Origin: Podarcis vaucheri
Taxonomy: Eukaryota
Strand: one strand, 5' to 3'
DNA: 64,000 nt
Assembly: GCA_965113315.1 (NCBI GenBank)
Contig: OZ220365.1
How positions within the stretch are numbered: position 1 is the first letter of the stretch; each line of letters begins with the position of its first letter. This document shows positions 24,590 through 38,035 of the stretch, piece after piece. The position numbers and the translations under genes were made by a program. The notes beneath the pieces were generated by a model. That model worked only from the letters and a program-made list of their open reading frames with translations, ran no database searches and was not told the DNA's origin.

Positions 24590-24635
24590 TGAATAGGACA
24601 TCCCTATATTCATCGGAGAAATGTTGGAGGGTATG
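24154..24635. mobile_element. composite hAT-like MITE containing a Sauria SINE piece and an L2 tail
   Basis: Imperfect TIR CAGACCTTCCAA / TTGGAGGGTATG and three copies of GGAYRTCCCTATTTTCATYGGAGAAATGTTG. No clear TSD. Confidence 0.7.
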
Positions 24636-25565
24636 GAATAATCCAAGGCTGTCTAGCTATGTTTAAGCCATGTGGGAATGACTGAGCAGTAACTAAATCA
24701 TGGTCTTGAACTATTCCCATTTCTGCCACACTAAAGTACTACAAAACATGGAATCGGGCCTTTTGAAAAACAGATTCCAAAACATTACAAATGCCTACTT
24801 ATGCATTATGCCAGCAGTAAGATTTGTGAGATGAAAAAAAACAACAACTGTGTTCCTTGCATTTTCAAGTTGTTCAATTTTCCCCCTGCCAAGATTCATT
24901 TAGGGCTTAGAATGGCACAGAGCACTCAATACTTTCAAAGATTATAGCGCAGGAGCTTATTGGTAGTGAAGTTCTTCTCATGAGCTGGTGTCAGCATAGA
25001 AAGTATTGCCACCATCAGCATACTAACAATGGTGGCAACTGCAAAATAAACAACACTCCGCAGCTAGAGTGACAAGCAATTTTTTTTGGTAAACTTAATC
25101 TACTGTTACAATAATCCTAAAGAGAACTTTTAATGCATTTAAATACTTGCTTTCACAAAATTTCTACAAATATGTGCAGTAAGTATCTTTAGCGCTTTAT
25201 TTAAGTACTTCCTTGATTTCTATGACAGCTGAAGGATCAAGAAGTGAATTGGAGGAGGGAAAGATCACATTTCTTCTTAACAGAATGTAGTCACATGTTT
25301 GAATAATTTGCATTTTATAAAGGCTATGGATTGCTTAAAGCACAAAACAATTTTAGATGTCTAAACTCAGACAAGGTATGAGTTTAATAACAGCAATATA
25401 CCAATGATAATTTCTCTGTTATAGCACCGTAAAATGCCCAAGATGAAAGGCATTCTGCAAAACTTATTGAAGTCAATGACAACTGCAGGATTTGAAGTAA
25501 AGTTATTCTTTTTTTGAAAGGCATTACAACCAAAATATGCTGAAATCATATATCAACACATACAA

Positions 25566-25792
25566 GCGGTAGTAACGTAATCTGGGGAACCGGGTTTGAG
25601 TCTCCGCTCCTCCACATGCAGCTGCTGGGTGACCTTGGGCCAGTCACACTTCTCTGAAGTCTCTCAGCCCCACTCACCTCACAGAGTGTTTGTTGTGGGG
25701 GAGGAAGGGAAAGGAGAATGTTAGCCGCTTTGAGACTCCTTAAAGGGGGTGAAAGGCGGGATATCAAATCCAAATCCAATCCAAAACAAAGT
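25566..25792 (+). mobile_element. tRNA-derived squamate SINE (Squam3-like)
   Basis: B-box-like GGTTTGAGTCTCC, GGGTGACCTTGGGCCAGTCAC core, GTTAGCCGCTTTGAGACTCC...GAAAGGCGGGATATCAAAT end. Confidence 0.75.
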
Positions 25793-26033
25793 ACCAATTA
25801 CTAGTAATGAAACATTGTTTTTTTTATCTTCTTTACTAAACCTTCTGTTAAGACCCAATCTTTGCTCAGAAAAAAAAGAAAGGAAAAATTGAACCAAGTG
25901 GATGAGCTCAGCTTTATGAATCTTCCAAGAGGTGGTAAAGGTGCAGTGATTGGCTCCATATGTTCACATACACATACACACATGCACACAAGTAAGAGAA
26001 GGAATGTTTACCTTCAACAGTGTGAAAAATGCT

Positions 26034-27705
26034 TTTTTTAAAAAAATATTTATTAAAAGTTTCAGAATTACAGAAAAGAAGAAAAAATAGGAAACAACAA
26101 TACAATACATAAGAAGAAAAAAAACAAAGCATAAAAACCAATATAACAATACAGCAAAAAGAAAGAAAAAACAACACAAATCCCATATCACGTATCTTTA
26201 ACTTCCATTTGCTTGTTTCATTGACCTCCTCGCACCTCCCTTTTTGTATTCCAGTTTAATTAGTTATTTCAGCAAATTCTTTCCATTTTTCTCAATTTTT
26301 ATTGAATAATTTATCTTAACAATTTAGCCTATTAACTCAACAAATCTTTTCCATCTTTCCCCATATTCTGTTATTCAAATTGCCTTGATTTATTTAACCT
26401 TATCTTACCGTAAAATACCTTAGAGCTTGAAACTTAATACTCAATTATACATGACTCCTTATATCATTTCTACTAAAACATATAGTTTCATCCCAACATT
26501 TTCCCTAATATTCATTAATTTTAGGCTAATTCCCTAAATAAAAATTTTTCTTTATAAATTTTCTTCCAATCTTCATCCAACGTCTCTTCTTCCTGGTCTC
26601 GGGTCATGTCTGCACTTGCCCAATCAACACAGGTTCCTGAGTTGGTCCCTGAATGGTTTCTGTATCAATATTCCCTGTTTGTCCACAGTTATTGACCCCA
26701 ACAGTCATCAAATCCGTTTTCTCATTCATCAAATCCATCTTCTCATGCATCTGTTCCAACAAAGCACTTGTCTTGCATAAAGCAAGCACCAAAACTTCCT
26801 CCCAGCTCATTTTTATTCAAGGTCAAAAGGACTGGTCCCACGATCTTAATCTCACAGCTGTAGAGTCCTCAAGTAGACTGCAGCAACAATTTAGCAAGCT
26901 CCCTCTAGAGGAGACAATTTCTATTTGTATCCATCTTTTTAAGGCAAGTCCAACAAAGGAAAATTACTTTCATTTTTCAGATATTTTGTTTCTTTAGAAT
27001 GCAAAAGGCAGCATTGGAATCAGTTTATTTCTCTTCTTTAGCTGTCTGTCAAAGTATTCCATTCAGTGAACCTCTCCAACAATTTCTGTCTCTGACACCC
27101 CGTTCCCAGGTTAGAGACGGTGGAAACTTATCTTTCTTCACTCCCTCTCCTGCAGGCTTAAAGAAATGACCCCCCCTTTTCTCCTGCTTCCAAGGGGGTT
27201 TTAGTGGTTATAAATGAAGGAAATTTAGACTTTTTTAACGACTTTCCAGGCTTTAGCTTACAAGATTTTTGCTTCAGTCTATATACAAAAAGCGGAAGGC
27301 GGACTTCCTGTTTTGAACCTTCCCGCTTCGGTGCCAAATTAGGATATTTCTTGATCCAATTTTCCGTTTCTACTCACGGGTACTTGTTTTAAATCCAATT
27401 GTCCACAGGAAAAAGTCAGCGCTCTCCGGCAATGGCAGTGCGGCTTCACTCCGTGAAAGTAGCAATCAGTTCGCAGCACCGCACCGCTCACCCCACTTCA
27501 CTCCGGAACCCCAAAATGGGGTTCCCTGTGAGTAGGGGAGGCGCTCCTGGTGCCCTGCCGAACCCCAGGTTCCCAGGCTTCCTCCACCTGGGATTTCTAG
27601 CGGGTCCCCACCTTCGCCGCGGCGGGAAGACCCAGTTCCACGGAGCCAGTTCCTCCGGTCGAAGAAACTCCACCATTCGCCGATGGCGCTAACCCGGAAG
27701 TCCTC
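26034..27705 (-). mobile_element. internally deleted, non-autonomous L1-derived element (1.67 kb)
   Basis: 19-bp TSD CAACAGTGTGAAAAATGCT (26015-26033, 27706-27724), 5' end GAGGACTTCCGG with a CpG-rich UTR, a short coiled-coil-like ORF, ORF2-C-terminus-like ADMTRDQEEETLDEDWKK, then AATAAA and a short A tail. Confidence 0.85.
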
Positions 27706-28040
27706 CAACAGTGTGAAAAATGCTGTAGAGAAGACAGACCGCTTGCTGTTCTTGGATTGGCTGGTGTCACTGTCTGCCTCAGTCAGTCATGGGGGCTCTC
27801 ACTCTGACAGCAGACCTGTCAGAGGCAGACTTTTGTCAGGTCTGCTGCCAGAGCTTTAAAATCAGCCATATTGCAAGTAGGCAACACAGACCAACTTGGA
27901 CACCCCGCCCACCTGTATTCATTGGCTCTGCCCAGAGGTAAGCAGTCAGTGCATGTATATGGCCTTGCTGTGGAATTAATCAGTCAGTGTATTGGGGGCC
28001 AGGGAGAAATTTGCCTGCAGGCAAAATGGGCCTGTCTGGG

Positions 28041-28735
28041 TTTTCATCTCTGCCAGACTAAGCAGTTGGCTCCTTACCTCTCTCGCCCTGACCTAGCCAC
28101 TATGATCCACGTGACAGTCACCTCCAGACTGGATTATTGTAACTCACTCTACGTGGGGCTGCCCTTGAGACTGACCCAGAAACTCCAGCGGGTGCAGAAT
28201 GCCGCAGCGAGGCTCCTTACGGGGTCCTCGCTGCGGGATCACATTCACCCGGTGTGATACCAGCTGCACTGGCTCCCGGTGGAGTACAGGATCAGGTTTA
28301 AGGTGCTGGTTTTAACCTTTAAAGCCCTATACGGCCTAGGACCCTCGTACCTATGGGACCGCCTCTCCTGGTATATCCCACAGAGGAGTAAAACATCTTG
28401 GAGGTCCCAAGCCACAGGGAGGTTAGGCTGGCCTCAACCAGAGCCAGGGCTTTTTTGGCTGTGGCTCCGATCTGGTGGAACGCTCTGTCATAAGAGACTA
28501 GGGCCCTGCGGGACTTGACATCTTTCTGCAGGGCCTGCAAGACAGAGCTGTTCCAGGCCAAGGCACAACCTGACCCCCTCCTTTGGTAATCCTCACAGAA
28601 CTCGAGCCCAATTGGTTGCCATTAATTTGATTTTAACTGATTTTATAGTGAATTGATTTTAGAATGCTGTACTATTTTACCGTTGTTAGCCGCTCTGAGC
28701 CCGGCTTCGGCTGGGGAAGGGTGAGATACAAATAA

Positions 28736-28773
<38 letters not shown>
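28041..28773 (+). mobile_element. L2-type LINE 3' fragment
   Basis: LAPYLSRPDLATMIH..VTSRLDYCNSLYVGLPL...LQRVQNAAARLL, with a (TTA)n tail. Same family as 45894-48638. Confidence 0.93.
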
Positions 28774-28774
<1 letters not shown>

Positions 28775-29491
28775 TGCCTTCCCCATAGCAACTGTCAAAA
28801 CTTTTAGTGGGGAAAATACACTGGATTTGGATCCTTAGTCTACTGATGCTTCGTCTCCCATACCAATAAAGATAAGTCTTTATAGTTCAGTTCTTCCAGC
28901 TTACTATTTGCGTGGTGCAACAGATACTTTTTGCTTTGCAAAACAACAACCACCTACTTCCCAAAACACACATATAAAAGCTAGATGCCTACCCTTGTCA
29001 ACCCTTATTCAATATTGTTCACTTTTGCATTAGCATATAAAAAGCTGTAACTATAATCAGTAGTAAAACAACACAAAGAGTATTAGAGGGCATTGGTTCC
29101 CTTCTGAATGTGAACCTACAAATTTCTCGTGCCACTTCAAATGTTTGCAAGTAATAAGTATATCTGACCTCTGCAAGCTTTAATAAGATCATAGCCCAAG
29201 AGGTTACTGCCCACAGGCACACCAATATGCTACTAATAAATAAAGTATGAGACAAAGCATGTTCACTGAACCTTAATAGTATATTATCGCCATGTACTGC
29301 ATAATACATAAAGTGCTTTCTATACTTTTTCACTATAATTGATTTACCTATTTATATCCTTCTACAACCTAAGCTATACAGAAATTCATAAATTGTGAAG
29401 ATCACTGATACTTACTTGCTTGACATTTATAAGCATGTCAATAATACTTGGAAATAAACTTCACAGAAATAAATGTGAATATACTTAGGAT

Positions 29492-29665
29492 CAGTGCTTT
29501 TTTCTGGGGCGACGCAGAGGTACACATACCCCTAAACATTTTGTGAATCCTTGTATTTTTGTCCATTTAATGTATTTATTTTCCCCAATTTGAACTATAA
29601 AATGGTGATTTTCTTGAGTCAAAGTGAGAGTACCCCTAAACATTATTTTAGGAAAAAAAGCACTG
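29492..29665. mobile_element. MITE (hAT-like)
   Basis: TIR CAGTGCTTTTTT / AAAAAAGCACTG, with TACCCCTAAACATT repeated internally. Confidence 0.8.
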
Positions 29666-29849
29666 CATGTCCAGCAGACTGGCAAACACTCTGAAAATTA
29701 AGTCTGTTTCCATACTCTAAACAATACCCCAGATGGGACTTTAGCTAATGAGCATAGGTTTTTAGAATTTCAGACTGCCAGACTAGTCCAATGCAGTAAT
29801 GCATCACAGAGCTATTTAGGTGTCATGATTTTAGTGTAGCAAATCCATA

Positions 29850-30086
29850 CAGTGGTACCTTCAGTTACGAACTTAATTAGTTCCGGAGGTCCATTCTTAA
29901 CCCGAAACCATTCTTAACATGCACTTTTGCTAATGGGGCCTCCCTCTGCCTCCATGCCTCCGCCACGCGATTTCTGCTCGCATCCCGGGGCAAAGTTCGC
30001 AATTAGGAGCATCCACTTCCGGGTTAGCAGAGCTCATTACCCGAAGTGTTTGCAAGGAGGATGGTATGTAACCCGAGGTTCCACTG
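29850..30086. mobile_element. Tc1/mariner (Tigger/pogo-like) MITE
   Basis: TIR CAGTGGTACCT / AGGTTCCACTG with a TA target duplication. Confidence 0.88.
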
Positions 30087-30877
30087 TACTGAGTTTGCAT
30101 GTACAACACTGCATGGCAGATATGGAATAGCAAACAGATCCCTACAACATCACAGAAGCTGAGTTGCGTTCAGCCAAGATAAAGTGCAGTGAGCAAAAGC
30201 TCTGTTAACATTTGTGACACCAGTATTTATCTGCCCTTATAGCTCTATCCCCAAATCCCCAAGAACTGTGGGCATAAGTTACGTACTTGCATATCCTAAA
30301 TTACTTCCATTTCAGGGGATGTTCCACACATGAAGTGATGAAGTGTTGCCTCTTCCATCAAGACAAATGGGAAGGCTCTGTGCAAAAGAGATCTCCCTGT
30401 GTGCATCAGAGATTCAGTGTGCACATGGACTTGTTCTGCCAGAGCCAACGTGCACATGGACTTGCTCAATGACGATAGAGAACTCTACCTGTGAGGAATC
30501 TATAATGGCTTCCTTCTCATCTGCTCACTTGCACACTGAGCACATAATATGGGAATAAAAGCCTTTTCCAACATACAAATGATTTACTTTGTATTCTCTG
30601 ACACTAGAAATTCTGTCCTTATCTAAGCCTTTGTTACAGCTAAAACAACTTTAGAAAATTTCAAAAAAAATTAAAAAGATAAGGCAGCCAAAATGACATA
30701 CCAGTTCTGAAATGCTGGAGTAGAGTACAATCACCAGAGTGTTATATAAAGCACTGCTGCTACAGCTTTTGAAAAGGTGGTGATGACATTTAATTCAGCA
30801 ATATACATGTGTACAGCATCCTAAAGTATATTAAAAAATGCAGGCACTTCCTTCCTTCTGACATGTATCAAGTGCAA

Positions 30878-30912
<35 letters not shown>
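30878..30912. repeat. (AC)n microsatellite
   Basis: Direct reading. Confidence 0.97.
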
Positions 30913-30917
<5 letters not shown>

Positions 30918-33900
30918 TACACTTTAAAACATAACAACTGGTTGATGAATTTAAATTATTTGTTTTCTATTAGAGCTGACATTGTAATCATGACATCTAT
31001 TCCAAGCTATTATACATTTGAGCTCCTAGAATCAATCTTTTTTCCAATAAAAAGATGACTCCGATAAACAAGTCGTTCCTTCCCTCCTTCTCCCCCCAAT
31101 TGTGTTTTGTTAAGTATGTCAGCAACAAGGCTGCGTGGGTAAGATTTGTGCTTCAGAAGGACTTTAAAAACAAAACAGCCCCTGAGAGCTGTGGAAAAAT
31201 TCCTTTAATTGCCAGCAGAAAGCCTGGTGATATGTCTAAAGCCAAAACTGTGCTCAGCAATGGTGTTTTTTTGTTTTCTGTTACCTCACCGATGCCACCA
31301 TTTGCTAAACTCCTACGGCAGTGCTGTGTGCCAACATCAAAACAAGTCTAACATCCTACACACAGCAGCTGTCTATTCACCCACTTCTTTTCTCCCCTTG
31401 GTTTGATTTAAGGATGTGGCCTGTACTTTTGATGCAAAACATATTTTTTAACAAGGAGGAAGTGCAGCAAAAATGTCACCCATTCTGTAGGGTCAGTTGT
31501 AACGAAACTCAGCAGGATTTGAGGAGACAGCAGGGGTGTACGCAGTCTTGTCTGAGGATATTTACTGTCACAGTTGTTACAAATCCACAAGGTTTGCCCT
31601 ACTGAATCTCTCTACAGGTGTCATGAGAAGAACATCGCCTTTTCTCTTACCGCCATCCTACCCCAACCTTTTATCAACACAATTAAAGCTATTGAAAGCA
31701 TTTTTTTAAAAAAAACGGACAGTGAAAAATTGCCACTTAAGATCCATGTGAGACGGCCAAAAACATTGGGCCACCTGAGGCAGACCGATGAATGGAAGTC
31801 TTCTGAACATAAACTGTTGTATCATGGGAAGCCTTGCTTCTTCTTCTTCTTCCTATTGCATTCTGGGAAATCTCATTTATAATCTCTCTTCTTACTAAGT
31901 GTGTAACGCATCAAGGCCACATACCAAAGATCTCTCCTCATTGTGCACAGTTCAAAAAGTTCATGTTTACCCATTCCCAATTATATTCTTTATGTTATGC
32001 TAAATCATTAGTATTGCTTTAAGTCATGCTATAATCAATCTCTAGTTTTAATTTGATAAGGAGCTGTCATAACTGTCTGAGCTCAAGTTCTTTCTTACCC
32101 TTTGATGTATTGAAGATTAATATACTTATTTAATCCCTCCTTATAATTATACTACCCAATAAGAAATGAGTTTCTTTGTCTTCGTATCAGCCAATCAGCA
32201 ACTAGCACACCCATTGCAATGCTTGTTAATATTCAATAAAAGAACAGCTCCCAGGTTTTTCACGTGGCAGAGTTGCTTGCTTGACACCTTCTACCTGTCT
32301 GTCTGACTCATTTTGCAACAGACCACCAAATTCTGCCATCTCCTCCTTCCTTCCTCATCATACACCAACCCACTGGACAAATTCTACACATTTGCTGCCA
32401 CTTCCAGTTTTTGGTGCTGTGCGGCCCAGCTTTGCAAGGTCCCTGGGCAGCATTTATGCCCGCAATGTCTCATTCAGAGGAAGGGCAGGCCCTAACTCAT
32501 TATGCAGTAGGGTCCTTCCTCAGAGTGAGGCACTGAGATGATAGGGCAGAATAACCCTGCTGTGCCCCAGAAATGCTGTCGCCACTTTGCAGCAGCAGGA
32601 GGAGATACAGTTTAAAGTTTAACAGGCAACAGTCTTTCTTCCTTCTGTGTTTCCAGGCTGCTTGCTGGCACAGACAGGCAGAACCTGTCTACCTTTTCCT
32701 CTTTGGAATTGGTTGAAGAACTGATGCAGGAGAGCAGGCAAGCTGTGGGATCTGTGGGTGGGTTTGCAGGCAGCCCAGAAGCAGATGAGAAGGGGATGTG
32801 TGATGTAGCATCCTTCGCAATCTGCAGCCCGAGACAAGGACTTTGCCTTGCTTCATAGAATGGCTGGGCATGCATTCATGAGAAACTTGGTAATTGGAAG
32901 AATTCAACCATGGTTTTGTTTTGTTTTTAAAATGTCATTTTCAGTATGCCTAATCAAAATCTAGTTTAGACTTTTCAGACAAACCTAGCTTGCTGACTAG
33001 TTATACCACTGACTCTTGTAAATGCCTCACTTAGAATACAAAGTTTACTAGGGATTCCCAGATGCAATACATATCTAATGTTATTTCTATCAGAATATCT
33101 TCCACAGTGTCAAACAAAGAGGTGTGCACATGTGCAAAGGGTACTCTTTAATTTATATCTATAATTCTGCAAAAAGCCTAAGGCAACACGATCCTTTGCA
33201 GCCAGCATTATAAGACAACCTAGAATGTTTGAACAGGGATGATTCCTTCCCCACTCCCAGTGGGGATATGCTCCTAATTGCTGACCCATCTTCTGCTAAC
33301 CTTACCGATAGCAGAGATGGACAAACTCTGTGATTTGCAGATGCTCAAACAGACCTCACTTATAGTGAGGATGCATCACTATAAGTAAGGAAAAAGTCAT
33401 GGGGAGTCAAAAATAAGTTAGAGCCCATACTACAGAAGGAAGTGTGGTTTAAGGAGGAGCTGTTTTTGCTTTGATCTTTTGTTTGATTCTGGTACACAAT
33501 TCCTGAAAGCGTTTTAAAAGAGAGGCTACTTTATAATCACCAGCAGCAGTTGAGATAACAAAAGGACTAATGCTGCTAATGGAAAGGATTAAAGTCTGAA
33601 TAGAGGCAGAGTTGCCTCTCTTTCTCAAAATGTTTAACACATCATGGCACAGGTTTTTCAACCCAGTGTGCACTTCATTTTGCAAGACTTCATTCAGGTT
33701 CAGATTAGGTGATCACTGCAGTGGAAAACATAAATCAGGTTGGACACTGGATAAGGGACTGAGCTCAAGGGCAACAGTTTCTCCTAGCTTCCTTTCAAAA
33801 TACAAATCCTAATGTTTCGTGCACAGAGTGTGGTTCTATTGCCAGGTGAAGAGAACACATACTGTGATATAGCATGGAGACAAGATTGCAAGCCTGCCAA

Positions 33901-34729
33901 AACTAAAGTCAGCAATGGAGGCCGCCAAGACTGTCTACAGCTAAAAATGGTCAGAGGAAGGTAGAAGAGGAATCCATTTTATATGAATTTATACATGGAA
34001 TCTGGTGGTTCTGATCCAATCATGCTTCGTTTGCATTGGGCTGCCTCTTGGATCAAGCATCCACCTATATCTGAGCCACCTGTGCATTGCCTTTTTAAAA
34101 AAGAAAAAAAGCCTATGCAAGACTATACAAAAAATGCATGTATTATAAATATATTAATTATAGAAGAGTCAAGCCACATGTGACACTATATTTCTGCAGC
34201 TTAATTTTAGAAGTACTAATCCATCAGTAGTCTTATATGGTCATATCCTGTGTGTGTGTGTGCGTGTGTGTGTGTGCGCACGCGCACATGCTTATGTGCT
34301 GATTACTTTAGGAAACTGTGGCCGTGTGTGTGTATATAGCATGTGCGAATTGCTCCTATTTTTAGCAGAACCGATTTTTAAAAAACCCTCGCTATTCATC
34401 AATGTGTAAGATAATAATTAGAAAACATCAGTGCGGAAAAGTTCAACATCAAGAGTTTCAGAAAATTGTCTCTCTACAAACAAGCAGCATCAATATTTTG
34501 CTAATTACAGAAGCCAGAGGAAAGGCTTAAATGACGCCCACCTCTTTGTGGTTGCTAACAAAAAAGCCATTTCCCTGAGCTGTAATCTATGCGGCAGGGT
34601 GTAGTATAGAGATATCTATTCTACAGACACTGTTCTGTTCCCATGGAAGTTATATCAGAGTAGCTGATGGCCTCACACAAGAACACCACATTTTAAAATA
34701 CTGGAGCAAGTGAAAAAATGTTCAAAAAT

Positions 34730-35080
34730 CAGTCCCCTGGGTGGTGTACAACATTAAAAACACATCACAGAACATCAATGATTAAAAAACATAATGACAG
34801 ACACCCTAATAAAAACAGTCATCATAATAACAGTCTATTTTCCCACACTTTAATAGGTAATAGATTACTAGCCACAGGCCTGGGTAAAAAGGAATGTTTT
34901 TGCCTGGTGTCTCAATACATGTAGTGATGGCACCACGCGAGCCTCTCTTGGGAGAGCATTCCATAATTGGGAGCCACCACAAAAAAGGCCTGTTCTCTTT
35001 TGGCCACCCTCCGGACCTCTCTGGGATGGGGGACATAGAGAAGCACTTCAAGTGACAAGTGCAGGGTCTGGGTCAGTTCA
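34730..35080 (-). mobile_element. L2-type LINE 3' fragment
   Basis: LLYVPHPREVRRVAKREQAFFVVAP (ORF 34912..35166) matches the L2 C-terminus. Confidence 0.7.
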
Positions 35081-35251
35081 TACACAACTGTGTTGCAGAG
35101 TATATGAAAAGGGATATTGCTTATGCTTAGCATAGTCTGGGACAAGATCTTTCTCAAATGCAGCAAGATGAATTTGGGAGTGACCAGTAGTGGACAGTGT
35201 GGTGAGGATAGAGGTGCTTACCTGACCTTCCAGCAGGAGAGCTGCCGCTGC

Positions 35252-35283
<32 letters not shown>

Positions 35284-35789
35284 CAAAAGTGCCCCACCAT
35301 ACCAATTCACTACAAGGAATAACAGGAGTTTGGTCCCAATGCTCAGGTCTTTATCTGACCTGTGTCTTGGTGGGCTAGCTCAGAAAAGTGCACAGCTTTC
35401 TAGAACGCCTGTTGAGACATTTCAGAAAGCTCTACCCACACACTCGCTTGGATGAAAAGCAGAGAAGCAATAGTTTTCATCCAATTTTCTTAACTGCTTG
35501 ACACAAGGTTTGATGGGAGGGGGAGTTGCTGTGATCTATATGATTTCTCTCTCTCTCTCTCTACAGACTCTCTGTCCAGTTGTGGGGGCAGCATGTTTCT
35601 TCCTGGCACTGGGTAATTGTGACAGATTAGAGATTCTGTTGGTTTAATGCCTGCCTCACTAAAAAGCACTCTCTTGCCTGCCTGAGCTCACAGAATTGGT
35701 CTCAGAGGTGGTGTTGAGGACTCTCAGATTGCTGGTGTTGAGGGCTTTCAATGGCCATACCAAGGCGAAAAGCTGTGGCTCAATGTTAA

Positions 35790-36149
35790 AAAGGTAAAGG
35801 TAAAGGACCCCTGACAGTTAAGTCCAGTTGTAGATGACTCTGGGGCTGCAGCACTCATCTCGCTTTACAGGCCAAGGGAGCCAGCGTTTGTCCACAGACA
35901 ATTTTTCCAGGTCATGTGGCCAGCATGAGTAAGCCGCTTCTGGTGAAACCAGAGCAGTGCATGGAAACACCGTTTACCTACCCACTAGAGTGGTACCTAT
36001 TTATCTATTTGCATTTTTGATGTGCTTTCGAACTGCTAGGTTGGCAGGAACTGGGAGCTCACCTCATTGCAGGGATTCGAACCGCCGACCTTCTGATTGG
36101 CAAGCCTAAGAGGCTCAGTGGTTTTGACCCACAGTGTCACCCGCATCCC
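35790..36149 (-). mobile_element. Sauria SINE
   Basis: Full-length copy with TSD CTCAATGTTA. Confidence 0.93.
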
Positions 36150-36980
36150 TTTCTCAATGTTACCTGATTTTATTTTATTTATTAACAGAATATAGCCAAG
36201 GCAAATGAATTGCCTTACACTGGGATGTGCATTCGAATCAACATTCCACTGAAGGTAAATAATGCAGTGCAAATGAACTATACCCACATTTGTATCTGAC
36301 TGTACATCTAAACATGAATGTTTTTTCCTCTGCACTGCATTGCTTTCAATAAGATGTGGTTCCTCTGCACGACATCTCAATGGTACAAACATTTGTATGT
36401 GTATCCCAATGTAAAGAAGCACCAGCCTAATTCCCTTAGTAATGGGGATAATGGCAACATGCCATACAGAAGCAGATGGGGAAACAAAGTCTTTTGTGTG
36501 TGTGGAATACACAAATGAATGGGCAGGGGCTGCAGACAGTTTTACTCTTCCCAACATGCCAAGTTTTGCAACAAAAACATTTTGAAAAATGAGCTAAAGC
36601 AGATACTCATCAACTGGCAAGGAAGCAGAAATTGGATATAATTCCTCTAGTGAAGAAACCCTCTGGGAAATTAGCTAATAGTGTAGAAGATATAAAAATG
36701 ATTATTTTGTTTTTCAGCCACTTATATCAAACTGAGAGACCTCAGGATGTGACACATTATTATTATTTTTTTAACGAACTGCAGATCCCCAAAGTTTAGA
36801 TTTAAGATAATTGAGGAACTAAATGCTGCAATTTCCCACAGGAATTCATAAATCAGATTAAGAATCTTCAGAATAAAAGACACCTGATTTTGATCATTTC
36901 GCAGCTGAATTCTACCAAAATTATACATAAGTATTGAGCACTTATTTAGGTGAATTTGTTTAATTACCACATTGACAACA

Positions 36981-37106
36981 GGGGTTCTGGAACTCAGCAG
37001 TAACATCTCCCTCCTTCTCTTTAGAATGACAATGGCACCCACCTGAAAGGTGCTAGAACTAAGTTGCAGTGAGTCCCCACCCCCCCACCCCCAAGAAAAA
37101 GCCCTG
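36981..37106 (+). mobile_element. short non-autonomous DNA transposon, copy 2
   Basis: Similar to 7930-8066 and ends GAAAAAGCCCTG. Confidence 0.55.
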
Positions 37107-37826
37107 TCACAGGCTGACATTGCTGGAATTGCACAAGGGATTATATTTTATCCTATAGCCAACACACACTGAATGGGTTAGAAGAAAACTGACATCCAGT
37201 AGGAAGAAATACACAGAGACCTATGTCTTCTAAATAGGGTCTTCTAATAAAAGTGCAATTTGATATTATACTCCATAACCAGAAAACCATTACGGAAATG
37301 CTTCAAATAATACAGCATCTCTCACATATATATCTTATCTAAATCTTACATAATGGTTCCAGATGTTTTCATCAACTGTGGATAATTAATTAGGGTAAAT
37401 CACCCCAGTCACACCCTTCTCACCACTTCATTGTTTGCCTCATATTGTCCCGTGTCCATCGTATGTTGAATAAAATCCCACCACACAGTGCTAAAATCTT
37501 GCTGCTGCGCTTTTCCTTGTATCAAACATTTGGAGACAGTGGTTTGTCCCCCCCCCCCGATAGTGCTCTATAATATATCTTTCCATAACAATTATTTTTG
37601 TTTTTCTATCTGCCACCAATAAATGTGTTATCAAATCCTTAGAACTTATTATTAGATGCATTCTAAATAAGAGTTGTTACTGATCTTTTATATATTGAAG
37701 CTTAGAAGGATGATTTCAAAATAATAGGGTTTCCTCCATAGCATAGCACCTCCAAAGACCATAGCACCAAGGCACACCATGAAATCCAGAGGCTTAGGTA
37801 AATAGTCTATGTCTTTAAAGACGAGG

Positions 37827-38035
37827 CAGGGCTGGCCCAAGACATTTCATCACTTGAGACAGACTCCCAAATGGCATTCCCCCTCCTTGTCAGGGAAAAA
37901 GTGGGTCAGGAAAGATCTACATCAGAATTAGGGGGGGGGGGTGAGGAAGAAAGGTCAACATCTGCATGGCTGCCCAGGTAGACCTTGCCACCTGAGGCGG
38001 TTGTCTCACCTTGCCTCATAGATTGCCCAGTCCTG
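37827..38035. mobile_element. degenerate hAT-like MITE
   Basis: CAGGGCTGG ... CCAGTCCTG termini with CCTGAGGC/GCCTCA subterminal motifs. Confidence 0.55.

Noticed and set aside
36036-36557. 173-aa minus-strand ORF
   Set aside because: No recognisable domain, and it ends inside a Sauria SINE.
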